Assembly (NCBI GenBank): GCA_965279525.1
Contig: CBDIIB010000003.1
Coordinates: forward strand, 64,001-128,000
Direction: 5' to 3'
DNA from: Tagaea sp.
GTDB taxonomy: Bacteria > Pseudomonadota > Alphaproteobacteria > CACIAM-22H2
DNA length: 64,000 nucleotides
Part shown: positions 28,643-39,470 of the stretch, piece by piece
How positions within the stretch are numbered: position 1 is the first letter of the stretch
Layout: the number at the start of each line of letters is the position of its first letter
Notes under the pieces: generated by a model
The model's database searches: none
The model's input: only the letters and a program-made list of their open reading frames with translations
Told to the model about the DNA's origin: nothing
Translations under genes and position numbers: made by a program

Positions 28643-30886
28643 ATGGCGGGCAAGCACTGGAGCGTCTGGGATGAGTTAGATCCGCCCGGGCGGCTTGACG
28701 AAGGGCGAGACGAGCTATTCTTGGCGATCTGCGGTAGCAGTCCTCGCCAACATGAATGCTTGCTGTATCGACTGCCGAAATCGGCTCCGAAAAGCCATGG
28801 CAAGCCCATCGAGGTGGCCCCTGAGCGTCCAAAGGTTCGCGTCTACCTTGCGGGGTCGTATATCCGGAAGCCGCGGACGTTCAATCGGCCTGCATCGGCA
28901 AGGTCGGGGGAGACCGTAGTGCTCTGGCCTCGCCGCGGGGAGGGAAAGGAGATACGAGAACAGGGGGCTTGGTACGACCGGCGGAATCGGGTCTGGTTGA
29001 TAGAACGCGGCAAGATGACAGAGCGTCTTCGGGCTATCTCAGGCCCGGCTGCCGAGGCCGAGGCAATGCGGATCGCCAATCGCTTTGCAGCTCGTCCAGG
29101 GGCCGCAAAGCGCCACCAGCGATACATTGATGATGAAGTCGGCCCAGATGCCCGCCGAAAGAGCCGGGTAGAGGAGGTCAATGGCATCCCGTCCCGTGTG
29201 GGAAGTCTCGGCGCAGATCCGCGCGAACGGGCACTCGCATGGAACAAAATTGAATCGAATTTGCCTCATCAAAACGCTCGAATTCAGTATCGGGTCATAC
29301 TGCCGCTTCCCGAAATTTTCACGCCGGCAGAGCGGCGGCGAGCGGTGCTCGAGATTGGTGCTGCGGCTTTCGATCGGTATGGGATTCCATGGTCTGCCGC
29401 TGTGCATAGTCCCGATAAAAGATCACTGGGCATCGAGAGGAATTTTCATGTTCACTTTGATCACGGAAATGCGAGTGAGCAGGCCATCCGGGAAGCTCAA
29501 ATTTGGGATTCCCGCGCGAAAAAATTCCGAAAGTATCGACTCTATCTAGACGTGGAGTGGTTCCCAAACCTGCGTTCGATAGCAACCACGATTTTCAATC
29601 GAATTCTTGCAGAGCGCCAGCGTGGGCCGAGGGATTTCGAGTTGCCAGAATTTACCGCTGAGAAGCAGGCGTTCGATGCCGGTGATCGGCCTGTGCAACG
29701 CCATCGCGGACAAGCCGCTAGCAAGCGTGAAGCAGTTGGGCTGCTGACCTTAGGGCAGAGACGGAGAATCATCGATGATCCGGATCCAATTGCATGGATC
29801 GATCACGGCCTCATGCTTGAGGCGGTAGATCGGATAATTTCACTTTTGCCGCATCTCGTGAGCCGTCCTCGTCCGGATGACGATGTCGCAAAGACATTGG
29901 AGATACTGCGGAGATGGGGGCTTGATCTGGCCGAGAGTATTCTCGAGGAGCTTCATCAGCTCGATGAAGTAGCAACCTACATCCTATTGCCGATCCGAAC
30001 GGAAAAGAGCGAACTGATGGAATCCTTCGAGAAACTCCGATCCCAGGTTTTGACGTCAGTAATCAGTACAAATGCGATGGAATTTCCGGATCAGATCCGA
30101 AATCTCACTGACGGCAATATCTTTTCTCGAACACTAAAAGGTCATCTTGCGACGGAGCATGAGCGGATCGTCTCCGACATCGAAAATTTTGAAGGCGCCA
30201 AGCTTGAAGTGGTCGACAGAAGGCGCATGCAGTTGAGGGGGATGTATCGACTTATGGCTCTTGCAACTCGCGAGAAAACCGACGCGCTTGAGCGTCTCTG
30301 GCGGACATTTGCCGGCTTCAGAGATGCCCCGATCGGGATGAAGTACGAGTATGACAAAAGCCCGAAGTCGCTTGGCAGAGCTGCCGTTGTCGAGTTGGCC
30401 AAGAGTGGGCTAGGCGCGACAATTCCAGACGCAACTGGGAGATTCTTTGTGCAAGATGGCCGACAGGCTCGTGCATATCGCCCGATTGGCGGCTCAATAA
30501 CCCTCCTCGAATCTGCGTCATCGGCTCACTCGCCAAATCCTTGGCATAATGGCGATCGCAATCAGATCTACAACGATGTCCAGAAGATTTGGAAGAGTGG
30601 TGTAAATCGGATTCTAGATCGGTACGATGTTCGCCAACGTACTTCACAGCGGGCGAACGCGCGCGAAGATGCGCCCCTACGGAGCGCGCAAACCGCCACG
30701 GAGCAGCAGCATCGTATCTTGGACAGTGCCGCGCATGGCGCGACAGATGCGAAGTCGAACTCTTCCAGCCAAGGCTCTGTTGGCGGTGGTTCGGCCGCAC
30801 TGTCGGCAAGCAACCATCTGTCTTCGGCAAAGGAGGTCGTGCTGCGGCTTCGGCAAGCTAAACAGAGGCCCGAGCAAGGACACTGA
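28643..30886 (+). CDS. MobA/MobL (MOBQ)-like relaxase with N- and C-terminal extensions
   Basis: QYRVILPLPEIFT..ER, WSAAVHSPD, RNFHVHF (HUH), candidate Tyr in HQRYID; start uncertain. Confidence 0.78.
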   Translation: MAGKHWSVWDELDPPGRLDEGRDELFLAICGSSPRQHECLLYRLPKSAPKSHGKPIEVAPERPKVRVYLAGSYIRKPRTFNRPASARSGETVVLWPRRGEGKEIREQGAWYDRRNRVWLIERGKMTERLRAISGPAAEAEAMRIANRFAARPGAAKRHQRYIDDEVGPDARRKSRVEEVNGIPSRVGSLGADPRERALAWNKIESNLPHQNARIQYRVILPLPEIFTPAERRRAVLEIGAAAFDRYGIPWSAAVHSPDKRSLGIERNFHVHFDHGNASEQAIREAQIWDSRAKKFRKYRLYLDVEWFPNLRSIATTIFNRILAERQRGPRDFELPEFTAEKQAFDAGDRPVQRHRGQAASKREAVGLLTLGQRRRIIDDPDPIAWIDHGLMLEAVDRIISLLPHLVSRPRPDDDVAKTLEILRRWGLDLAESILEELHQLDEVATYILLPIRTEKSELMESFEKLRSQVLTSVISTNAMEFPDQIRNLTDGNIFSRTLKGHLATEHERIVSDIENFEGAKLEVVDRRRMQLRGMYRLMALATREKTDALERLWRTFAGFRDAPIGMKYEYDKSPKSLGRAAVVELAKSGLGATIPDATGRFFVQDGRQARAYRPIGGSITLLESASSAHSPNPWHNGDRNQIYNDVQKIWKSGVNRILDRYDVRQRTSQRANAREDAPLRSAQTATEQQHRILDSAAHGATDAKSNSSSQGSVGGGSAALSASNHLSSAKEVVLRLRQAKQRPEQGH

Positions 30887-31619
30887 TTGCCGAAATGCAG
30901 GGAGTGTGGCTGGAGAGGCGTAGCCAGCCCTACAAGTAAAACTCGGTTTGAATACTCGCGCATCGCTGACGAAGTCGGCCAATTTGCTAGAGTCGAAGCT
31001 GGCCTCAAGCACAGGCCGGTGTGTCCACCCAATCAGGCCGATGTCCGAGGTGGCACACTCGAGGCCAAAATCAGAGCAAGCGGCTATTGGAAATTCGCAA
31101 GTTGATCGGAAGGAGAGGTCGACCGCTGAGGTAGTGAGGGCCAGGCAGGTGCAAAAGCAAGGGCCGGGGCGGGCCACTGCGGAAAAATCCACCCAAGTGC
31201 GATCCGATCTTCAGGGCTCCGAGCAGAACTCATACTCGCAAAGGAACGGACGGGTATATTCACCAAACTGATTTATCAAATCACCATTATCAAGAAAGTT
31301 TACACGGCGCCGGATTGCTCCTAACGTCCGCGCCACTCGCATAGACCACGCACGAAAACGACACGAAGACCCAACCGAGGTCTCGCCGGAGGAAACATCG
31401 AGGTGCGCCACGATTGGGCGCTCAAGCCGTAGCGAAGAGTAAACCGATACAGAGGCACCCAGAGTAGGGGCCTTGTGTGACGTTCACCGCCGCCCCGTCC
31501 CCCTGACAGCGCCCTGACATGCCCCCCATTTCCGATACGCACGCTGAAACAAGAAGCGACTCTGCGCCTGTCCTTGGCCGCATTGCGGGTGAGCGCCTTG
31601 GCGCGTCTGCGGGGCAGGC

Positions 31620-32534
31620 ATGACTCGGTATCTACTTTCGCGCTTCGCCCAAGCAATCACGACGATCATTGGCATAAGTATTGTCGTCTTCGTGCTCGCT
31701 CGGCTAAGCGGCGATCCCGCGTCATTGCTGATCCCGCCCGACGCGACGCCCGCGGACCGAATCGCCCTCAGCCAGACGCTCGGACTGGATCGACCACTGC
31801 TCACCCAGTACTGGCTCTTCCTCAAGGGTGCCCTCGCGCTCGACTTCGGCACGTCGTTTCGGTTCGGCCAGCCCGCCATCGAGGTCTATCTTGAGCGGCT
31901 CCCTCGGACCGCCCAGCTCGGGTTCTTCGCGGCACTTCTCGCGGCAACCGGCGGCGTCCTGATCGGGGTCTACGGCGCGGTGCGTGCCGGAAGCCTCGTT
32001 GACAAGGCGGCAAACGTTCTCGCGATGATCGGCCAAGCCGCGCCGTCATTCGCGATCGCGATTTTCATGATCGCGATCTTCGCGGTGAACCTGCGGTGGC
32101 TGCCGACATCCGGCATGGGACAGTGGCAATCCTTCATCATGCCTTCGATCGCGCTTGCGTGGTTCTCGCTAGCTTCGCTGACGCGGATGACCCGGTCGTC
32201 GATGCTCGACGTGTTCCATGCCGAGTACATCCGGCTCGCCCGCCTGAAGGGCCTGCCCGAACACGTGATTGTGTGGAAGCATGCGTTCCGCAATGCGGTG
32301 CTCCCGATCATAACGATGTTCTCGCTTCAACTTGTCTTCTTCGTAAGCGGCTCCGTAATCGTCGAGAACATCTTCGCGTGGCCAGGGATCGGCCAGTTGT
32401 CGATCCAGGCGATCGAGTCGCGTGACTATCCTCTCGTGCAGACGATCGTCTTCATCTCCTCGTCGGGGATCGTGCTGCTGAATCTCGCCGTGGACGTCCT
32501 CTACGGATTCATCGACCCCCGGATCCGCCGCTGA
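31620..32534 (+). CDS. Peptide/nickel-type ABC permease (DppB-like)
   Basis: LGLDRPLLTQY, RMTRSSML, ARLKGL, VENIFAWPGIG. Confidence 0.93.
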   Translation: MTRYLLSRFAQAITTIIGISIVVFVLARLSGDPASLLIPPDATPADRIALSQTLGLDRPLLTQYWLFLKGALALDFGTSFRFGQPAIEVYLERLPRTAQLGFFAALLAATGGVLIGVYGAVRAGSLVDKAANVLAMIGQAAPSFAIAIFMIAIFAVNLRWLPTSGMGQWQSFIMPSIALAWFSLASLTRMTRSSMLDVFHAEYIRLARLKGLPEHVIVWKHAFRNAVLPIITMFSLQLVFFVSGSVIVENIFAWPGIGQLSIQAIESRDYPLVQTIVFISSSGIVLLNLAVDVLYGFIDPRIRR

Positions 32535-33394
32535 TGGCCAACGCTATCTCCATGCCGGCCGTTCGAGACGCGCTCCGCGGCGCGCCGGTCTTTCCCATCG
32601 CGATCATCGCGACCTTGATCGTGGTAGGGTTTCTGGCCCCGCTCATCTCGCCGCATGAACCGAATACCGTCCGGCTGATGAACTCACACCTGCCGCCTGT
32701 ATTCCTCGGCGGTACCTTCGAGCACATTCTCGGAACCGACGATCTTGGCCGCGACGTGCTGAGTCGGTTGATCAGTGGCGCCAGGATATCGCTGCTCGTC
32801 GGCTTTGCGGTCGTCGTCGGCGCCGGCTCGATCGGGACGTTCCTCGCGCTTCTGTCGGGCTACTTCGGCGGCGTGATCGACAACGTAATATCTCGCATGT
32901 GCGAGGTCTTCATCGCCGTTCCCTTCCTCTTGGTCGCTATTGCGGTCGTCGGTGCTGTCGGTGCGAGCACGCAGAACCTGATCTTGACCTTGATCTTCAT
33001 GAGCTGGGCCGGTTACGCGCGCGTCCTTCGCAGCGAGGTCCTACGTCTGCGCGAGATGGAGTTCGTCAAGCTTGCGAAAGTGGCGGGCTGCAGCAACGCG
33101 CGCATCCTGTTCCGCCATCTGCTGCCGAACATCGTCAATCCTCTGGTGATCCTCGCGACGCTCCAGCTCGGCGCGACCATCGTCGTCGAGGCGTCGCTGA
33201 GCTTCCTCGGGCTCGGTGTCCCGCCGCCGCAGGCGACATGGGGCGGCATGCTTGCTTCCGGCAAGAACTTCATCGGCTTCCAGACCTCACTTGTCGCCGT
33301 TCCGGGGATCGCGATTTTCCTCGTCGTCATGTCGATCAACATTCTCGGCGACTGGCTGCGCGTCCGACTTGACCCGAGGTTCCGCCAGCTATGA
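32534..33394 (+). CDS. Peptide/nickel-type ABC permease (DppC-like)
   Basis: HILGTDDLGRDVLSRL, RHLLPN, EASLSFLGLG. Confidence 0.93.
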   Translation: MANAISMPAVRDALRGAPVFPIAIIATLIVVGFLAPLISPHEPNTVRLMNSHLPPVFLGGTFEHILGTDDLGRDVLSRLISGARISLLVGFAVVVGAGSIGTFLALLSGYFGGVIDNVISRMCEVFIAVPFLLVAIAVVGAVGASTQNLILTLIFMSWAGYARVLRSEVLRLREMEFVKLAKVAGCSNARILFRHLLPNIVNPLVILATLQLGATIVVEASLSFLGLGVPPPQATWGGMLASGKNFIGFQTSLVAVPGIAIFLVVMSINILGDWLRVRLDPRFRQL

Positions 33395-34413
33395 CCGCTC
33401 AAGAAACAAAGGAAGCCCCGCTTCTCGAGGTGAAGAACCTCACGACGACCTTCCGGACACGCAACGGCGTCAGCCGGGCCGTCAACGGGGTGTCGCTCAC
33501 TGTCGAGCGCGGCCGCACGCTCGGCATCGTGGGTGAGTCGGGGAGTGGCAAGAGCGTGACGCTGATGTCGATCGTCCGCCTCGTCGCCAAGCCTGCCGGG
33601 AACATCGAAAGCGGCGAGATACTGTTCAACGGAAAGGATCTCCTCAAGCTTTCCGAGGACGAGATGCGCCAGATTCGCGGCGCTCAGATTTCCGTCGTTA
33701 CCCAAGATCCGATGACGTCGCTCAATCCGGTCTACTCGATCGGGAACCAGCTCGAAGAGCCGCTACGCCAGCACCAGAACATCCGGGACAAGGCGACGCT
33801 AAAGGAGAAGGTTGTCGCTGCTCTGCGGCGGGTCGGGATACCGGCGCCGGAGTCGCGGGTCGCAAGCTATCCCCACCAGTTGAGCGGTGGTCAGCGCCAG
33901 CGGGTCGTTACTGCGATGGCGCTGGAGTGCCATCCCGCCCTGATTCTGTGCGACGAACCGACGACGGCGCTCGACGTCACGATCCAACTCCAGATCCTCA
34001 AGCTCCTGCGGGAGCTGCAGCGCGAGTACCAACTTGGCATGATCATGGTCAGCCACGACCTCGCGGTGATCGCGCGGGTCTGTGACGACGTCGCGGTCAT
34101 GTATGCCGGCCGGGTGGTCGAGAAGGCCCCGCTCGCCGAGCTGTTCGAGCGGCCATCGCATCCGTACACGAAGGCGCTCATGCGCTCGCTGAACGTCGAA
34201 ACCGACGAGAACGGGAGACTGTTCTCGATCGACGGCCAGCCTCCTGACGTGCGTAAGCTCGGACCGGGTTGTGCGTTCGCGCCGCGGTGCCGCGAGGCGA
34301 GCGACATATGCCGGCAGGAAGTCCCGCCCGACGTCGCCGTTTCCGCAAGTCACCTGAGTGCGTGCTGGGCCGTCCACGAGCGGCTGCGGCTGACCGCCGG
34401 AGGCGCCGCATGA
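33391..34413 (+). CDS. ABC ATPase (DppD-like)
   Basis: [29 protein letters not shown]-terminal Cys motif. Confidence 0.94.
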   Translation: MTAQETKEAPLLEVKNLTTTFRTRNGVSRAVNGVSLTVERGRTLGIVGESGSGKSVTLMSIVRLVAKPAGNIESGEILFNGKDLLKLSEDEMRQIRGAQISVVTQDPMTSLNPVYSIGNQLEEPLRQHQNIRDKATLKEKVVAALRRVGIPAPESRVASYPHQLSGGQRQRVVTAMALECHPALILCDEPTTALDVTIQLQILKLLRELQREYQLGMIMVSHDLAVIARVCDDVAVMYAGRVVEKAPLAELFERPSHPYTKALMRSLNVETDENGRLFSIDGQPPDVRKLGPGCAFAPRCREASDICRQEVPPDVAVSASHLSACWAVHERLRLTAGGAA

Positions 34414-35375
34414 CCGCCACGACTGTCGGCACGGCACCTGCGCCCGGCGCTCCCCTCATGCGGCTCGAAGGCGTCACGAAGCGGTTCGGGTCGCTCACGG
34501 CCGTCGATCGGGTCTCGATCGACATCCGTGCGGGAAAAGTGCTCGGGATCGTCGGCGAGTCTGGATGCGGCAAGACGACCTTGTGCCGGATGATCCTCAG
34601 GATCGAGCCGCCGACCGAAGGCGAGGTCAATTTTCTCGGCGAAGGGATCTGGGATCTGGACCGCGAAGGCCAGCGCGAGTTCCGGCGGGCGGTTTCTGCG
34701 GTGTTCCAGGACCCCTACAGCTCGCTCAACCCGCGACACAAGGTCGAGGAATCGGTCATGGAGCCGGTTCTGGTCAATTTCGGCCGCCACGCCGTCGTCC
34801 GTGAGCGACTCGACGCGCTGTTGACGTCCGTCGGGCTTCCGACCTCGGCGGCAGCGCTCTATCCGCACGAGTTCAGCGGCGGACAGCGGCAGCGGATCGC
34901 GATCGCGCGCGCGATCTCGACCAGCCCGAAACTGATCCTGCTTGACGAGCCCGTCTCTGCGCTCGACGTCTCGATCCGCGCGCAGGTCCTGAACCTGCTG
35001 AAGGATCTTCAGGCCAAGAGCGGCGTCGCCTACGTCTTCGTCGCCCACGACCTCGGCGCCGTCCGCTACATGAGCGACGACGTGATCGTGATGTATCTCG
35101 GCGCGATCGTCGAGGCAGCGCCGGCCGGCGAGATCTACAGCACGCCGAAACATCCCTATACGCAGGGGCTTCTCGAAGCTTCCCTTCCGCCCGACCCGCG
35201 AAATCCGAACCTCGAAGGCCGGATCCGCGGCGACCTGCCGAACCCGATGAATCCGCCGAGCGGCTGCCGGTTCCGGACCCGCTGTCCGGCGGCGACCGAC
35301 CGATGCGCTGCCGAAGCGCCGGCCCTTCGCGAGATCGCCACCGGCCATCGCGTCGCGTGCCATTTCGCCGAATAG
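34410..35375 (+). CDS. ABC ATPase (DppF-like)
   Basis: GESGCGKTT, YPHEFSGGQRQR, DEPVSALD, GCRFRTRC; ATGA overlap. Confidence 0.94.
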   Translation: MTATTVGTAPAPGAPLMRLEGVTKRFGSLTAVDRVSIDIRAGKVLGIVGESGCGKTTLCRMILRIEPPTEGEVNFLGEGIWDLDREGQREFRRAVSAVFQDPYSSLNPRHKVEESVMEPVLVNFGRHAVVRERLDALLTSVGLPTSAAALYPHEFSGGQRQRIAIARAISTSPKLILLDEPVSALDVSIRAQVLNLLKDLQAKSGVAYVFVAHDLGAVRYMSDDVIVMYLGAIVEAAPAGEIYSTPKHPYTQGLLEASLPPDPRNPNLEGRIRGDLPNPMNPPSGCRFRTRCPAATDRCAAEAPALREIATGHRVACHFAE

Positions 35376-35423
35376 CATCCACACCAACAAAAAGCCAACG
35401 AGACCGCAAAAGGGAGAAGCGAA

Positions 35424-37007
35424 ATGTCCAATCCAGGAAACCTGATCGCCAGCCTCAACCGACGCGAACTCTTCATCGGCGCCGCCGCCACGTCGGCGCT
35501 CGCGGTCGGGGGATCGCTCGTGCCGACGCGCACCAATGCCGCACCGACGGGAACGCTGCGGATCGCGCTGACGTCGCTGACGGACCAGTCCGTCGACCCT
35601 TTCTTCCAGGGCGGCGGACTTGCGCGTCCGATTGGCTATTCGCTCTACAACGCGCTCTTCCGGTTCGATGACAAGGGGCAACTCGAACTCGATCTCGCGG
35701 AAAGCATGGACGTCTCCGCCGACCGCAAGACCGTCACCTTCAAGATCCGGGGCGACGCCCTGTTCTGGGACGGCTCGCCCGTGACGGCTGAGGACGTCGC
35801 GTGGTCGTGGGAAGCGTTCAGCACGCGCAATCCGCCGCAGCCACAAGTCCCCGGCCTGAAGCGGCAAATCGAGTCCGTCGCCGCCGCCGACGGGCGGACG
35901 GTCGTGATGAAACTCTTCAACCCGACCCCGATGCGGACGGCCGAGTTCACGATCTGGTGGAACGTCTCCTCGAAGGCACACTTTACAAAGGTCGGCGCCG
36001 AGGCGTTCCGGACCCAGCCAATGGGGACAGGACCGTTCAAGCTCGTCCGGAACCAGATCGGCGCCTTCATCGAGATGGAGGCGAACGAGCGGCACTACCG
36101 GAAGGACCGGATCTCGAACGTGAAGACCGTCCGGATGAGTGTCGTGCCGGAAGTGACGACGCGAATCGCCCAGCTCCGCGCCGGTGAAGTCGACATCATC
36201 GACGGGATTACCGGCGTCCAAGGCATGCAGATCGCCGCCGACTCCAACCTGAGGCTCTTCCGGGCATCGGAGACGGCGATCATGAAGATCAACTACTTCG
36301 ACCTCCAGCGAGGCCTGAAGCCGTGGAACGACGTTCGGTTTCGCGAGGCGCTGACGATCTCCGTCAACCAGGACGAAATCGTGCGCGGCCTGCTTCGCCA
36401 GGGTACGCCGAGTCCGAACGCGCATGTCTTCCCGGCGAGCAAGGGCTTTGACGCCAAGCAGTTCGCCGTACGGAAGTACGATCCGGATCGTGCGAAGCGT
36501 CTGGTCAAGGAAGCGGGGCTGGAAGGCTTCGAGTTCGACCTGATGGCCTATCCGTCGGGGTCCTACGCGAATCTTCCAGAGATCGCGCAAGCGGTCGCTG
36601 GCTACTGGGGCGGTATCGGCTTGAAGCCGAAAATCGTCATGCTGGAGGCATCGACTTACATTAGCCGTCTCGTCAACCGGCAGCTTTCCGGCGCCGGAAT
36701 CCAGTCGATCTCCTTCGAGAACGATCTCCGGACGACGGCCGGCTGGCTCATTACCGGCGCGCAATGGGGCTCAACCGACAACGTGCCGGAGCTGAATGCC
36801 ATGCATGCGGAAATGCGGGCGGAAACCGATACCGATAAGCAGATCGGGATCGCCCAACGGATGCATAAGTTCTGCTACGACAACTTCCTTTTCGGGACGG
36901 GACCGTGGTCGAACTCGCAATGGGCCGCGACGCGCAAGGTCGCCGAATGGGTCCGTCCGGCAGGCGATCCGTACACCACGCGGCTTGAGTCGGTGAAGCT
37001 CACGTAA
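35424..37007 (+). CDS. Family 5 solute-binding protein, Tat signal
   Basis: LNRRELF; DLAES, FWDGSPVTAEDV, GTGPFK, DVRFREAL. Confidence 0.9.
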   Translation: MSNPGNLIASLNRRELFIGAAATSALAVGGSLVPTRTNAAPTGTLRIALTSLTDQSVDPFFQGGGLARPIGYSLYNALFRFDDKGQLELDLAESMDVSADRKTVTFKIRGDALFWDGSPVTAEDVAWSWEAFSTRNPPQPQVPGLKRQIESVAAADGRTVVMKLFNPTPMRTAEFTIWWNVSSKAHFTKVGAEAFRTQPMGTGPFKLVRNQIGAFIEMEANERHYRKDRISNVKTVRMSVVPEVTTRIAQLRAGEVDIIDGITGVQGMQIAADSNLRLFRASETAIMKINYFDLQRGLKPWNDVRFREALTISVNQDEIVRGLLRQGTPSPNAHVFPASKGFDAKQFAVRKYDPDRAKRLVKEAGLEGFEFDLMAYPSGSYANLPEIAQAVAGYWGGIGLKPKIVMLEASTYISRLVNRQLSGAGIQSISFENDLRTTAGWLITGAQWGSTDNVPELNAMHAEMRAETDTDKQIGIAQRMHKFCYDNFLFGTGPWSNSQWAATRKVAEWVRPAGDPYTTRLESVKLT

Positions 37008-37021
37008 CGAGTTGAGACGGC

Positions 37022-37057
37022 GGGGTGCCCGGCAGGTTCTGCTGGCGCGGGCACCCC
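37022..37057 (+). terminator. GC-rich hairpin after the SBP gene
   Basis: GGGGTGCCCG / CGGGCACCCC 10-bp stem; no U-tract, may only stabilise mRNA. Confidence 0.4.
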
Positions 37058-37121
37058 TCCGATACGGATCGGACGGGGCCGTACGATCGGCGGACGAACC
37101 AAAACGAACGGAAAGCGGCCA

Positions 37122-38558
37122 GTGTTGAAGAACGAGATATTCATCGAGAACGCGTTTCTCCCGGCCGGAAGCGGAGGGGAGATCGGCCATGTCTATCCGG
37201 CGACTGGAGAGGTCAATGGAAAGGTCGTGCTCGGCGGGGCGGAGGAAATTCGGCAGGCCGTCGCCGCCGCGAAGCGCGCGGCACCGCTTTGGGAATCGAT
37301 CGGCCCGACCGAGCGCCGGACACGAATCGGGAAACTGGCCGATGTCGTCGAGGCATGGGAAGAGAAGTTCAGGACGCTTGCGGCTGCAGAAGTCGGCATG
37401 CCGACGCGCTCGTTCGCGGCGCGCCACAAATTTGCCGTCGACTGGATCCGAACCTACCAAGGCTGGGCGGACAAGATCGGCGGGGATGTCACGGCGTCGC
37501 TCGACTCAGGCCGTTTCGAGTACACCCGGTTCGAGCCCTTCGGCGTCGTCGGCATCGTCCTGACCTGGAACTCGGCACTGCTGTCTTTGACGATGAAGAT
37601 TCCGGCCGCACTTGCGGCCGGCAACACCGTCGTTGTCAAACCCTCGGAAATAACCCCGTATACGCCTCTGTTGTTCGCGCAGGCTTGCGTCGAAGCTGGA
37701 ATTCCCGCCGGCGTCGTGAATATCGTTCCCGGCGCCGTCGAGGCGGGTGAGACCCTCGTCGCCCATCCAGACGTCGAGAAGATATCGTTCACCGGAGGGC
37801 TGCGCGCCGCCTCGGCGATGATGCGGACCGGCGCGCCACTGGTGAAGCCGTTCTGCTTCGAACTCGGCGGCAAGTCGTCGCACCTCGTCTTCCCGGATGC
37901 GGATATTCGCCTCGCCGCAAAGGTCGTCTGCGCAGGTCTTTCGAATGCCGGACAGTCCTGCACCTTTGGTTCGCGGATCTATGTCCACGAGAGTGTCTAC
38001 TCGTCGTTCAGGGCAGCGCTGGTCGAACAGGCTCGGGGGATCGTGCTCGGCGATCCAACCGACGAACGGACGACGATGGGGCCGGTCGTCTCGGCGGCGG
38101 CCCGCGACCGAATCGTCGCGTTGATCGAGGCGTCGACGAGTCGGAAGGAAGCGAAGCTGCTCTCGGGCGGCAAGATCCCCGCGCTGTCGCGTCCGTTCTC
38201 CGATGGCTTCTTCGTCGAGCCGGCCGTGTTCGAGGACGTGGATCCGAACAGTGCACTCATCCGAGAGGAGATTTTCGGGCCGGTGATGTCGATCATGCCG
38301 TTTGCAGACGAGTCGAATGCGGTCATGGCGGCAAACGACACAGAATTCGGCCTGTCAAACTACGTCCACACCGCCGATCTGCGGCGTGCCATCCGGGTCA
38401 CGGCGCAGCTCAAGAGCGGAACCGTCTACGTCAACGACGCGAGCCGGACGAATCCGGGCGCGCCGTTTGGAGGATACCGACGAAGCGGCATCGGCTACGA
38501 AGGCGGCCGGGCTGGCCTCGACGAGTTCCTCAGGCGAAAGACGGTGGGTCTTGTCTGA
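37122..38558 (+). CDS. Aldehyde dehydrogenase
   Basis: TWNS, KPSE, SFTGG, FELGGKS, AGQSC, EEIFGPV, PFGG. Confidence 0.92.
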   Translation: MLKNEIFIENAFLPAGSGGEIGHVYPATGEVNGKVVLGGAEEIRQAVAAAKRAAPLWESIGPTERRTRIGKLADVVEAWEEKFRTLAAAEVGMPTRSFAARHKFAVDWIRTYQGWADKIGGDVTASLDSGRFEYTRFEPFGVVGIVLTWNSALLSLTMKIPAALAAGNTVVVKPSEITPYTPLLFAQACVEAGIPAGVVNIVPGAVEAGETLVAHPDVEKISFTGGLRAASAMMRTGAPLVKPFCFELGGKSSHLVFPDADIRLAAKVVCAGLSNAGQSCTFGSRIYVHESVYSSFRAALVEQARGIVLGDPTDERTTMGPVVSAAARDRIVALIEASTSRKEAKLLSGGKIPALSRPFSDGFFVEPAVFEDVDPNSALIREEIFGPVMSIMPFADESNAVMAANDTEFGLSNYVHTADLRRAIRVTAQLKSGTVYVNDASRTNPGAPFGGYRRSGIGYEGGRAGLDEFLRRKTVGLV

Positions 38559-38601
38559 TGGCGTGTTCCCGCGTTCCCGAATTTGAGAGACGGCGCGTCG
38601 C

Positions 38602-39465
38602 ATGATCCCACGCTTGGACAAATTGGCCGATGACGTTGTCGGCCCGATGCCTGGGAATCTGAATTTCAGGGTCGTTGGCGGGGGGCGGCCGAACCTCGTG
38701 TTCGTCCACGGGTTCGGATGTTCTCTCGACGATTGGGATGCGACGATCTTCGAACTGTCAGACCGTTTCGCGTGTGTCGCGGTCGATTTGCCCGGCCACG
38801 GCCTTTCAAAGCCGCTCGCGGAGAATACTATCGCGACGTACGCGACGGAAGTGAACGCGGTTGTCGAAAGTCTCGGACTCAATGACGTGGTCTTCGTCGG
38901 TCACAGTTTGGGCACGAAAGTCATTCGGGAGTGCTATCGGCAGTCGAAACAGGCCGTCGCTGGCCTCGCATTCGTCGACGGAAGCATCTATGTCGGCAAT
39001 CCGGAGAGCCAGATCGCCGAACTCAAGGGAACGCTCGAGCGCGACGGGATCCGAGGTTTCGTCGATCGGACCTTTCGCGCGATGTTTTCGGAGAAAGTCG
39101 AGCAGAGTGTCATCGATCGCGTGGTCGAACGTGCGAAGTGCGTCGATGAAGGGCTTGGCGCGCAGATCTTGATCGACTCGATTCGCTGGGAGGCATCCGT
39201 CGGGAATGGTGCCTGGGGCGCCGTGCGCGTTCCGATACTGCTCATCCAATCGACGCAGTTCCAGGCAGGCTTCGGCAGGACATACATGACGTCGACGGCG
39301 GAGACGCCAATCATGCGCAAACTGTCCGGCCTGTCGACCGCCGTCGACATAAAGGTGATGGGCGATACCGGGCACTTCCCGATGATCGAGGATCCCGTGA
39401 CCGTTACCGACTATCTCGCTGGGTTCATCCGCTCAGAAATCCGGACGGAAGACGAGGGTTTGTAA
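38602..39465 (+). CDS. Alpha/beta hydrolase
   Basis: FVHGFG, DLPGHG, GHSLG nucleophile elbow, GHFPM. Confidence 0.88.
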   Translation: MIPRLDKLADDVVGPMPGNLNFRVVGGGRPNLVFVHGFGCSLDDWDATIFELSDRFACVAVDLPGHGLSKPLAENTIATYATEVNAVVESLGLNDVVFVGHSLGTKVIRECYRQSKQAVAGLAFVDGSIYVGNPESQIAELKGTLERDGIRGFVDRTFRAMFSEKVEQSVIDRVVERAKCVDEGLGAQILIDSIRWEASVGNGAWGAVRVPILLIQSTQFQAGFGRTYMTSTAETPIMRKLSGLSTAVDIKVMGDTGHFPMIEDPVTVTDYLAGFIRSEIRTEDEGL

Positions 39466-39470
39466 CGACG

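Noticed and set aside
30887-31271. ORFs 30887-31105 and 30948-31271 as genes or a relaxase tail
   Set aside because: TTG starts, no RBS and no motif
31501-31520. Minus-strand ATGTCAG-N4-CTGTCAG as a Pho box
   Set aside because: GC-rich spacer and no gene in that orientation
34350-36764. 804-aa antisense ORF over the ABC genes
   Set aside because: Shadow of well-supported ATPase and SBP genes
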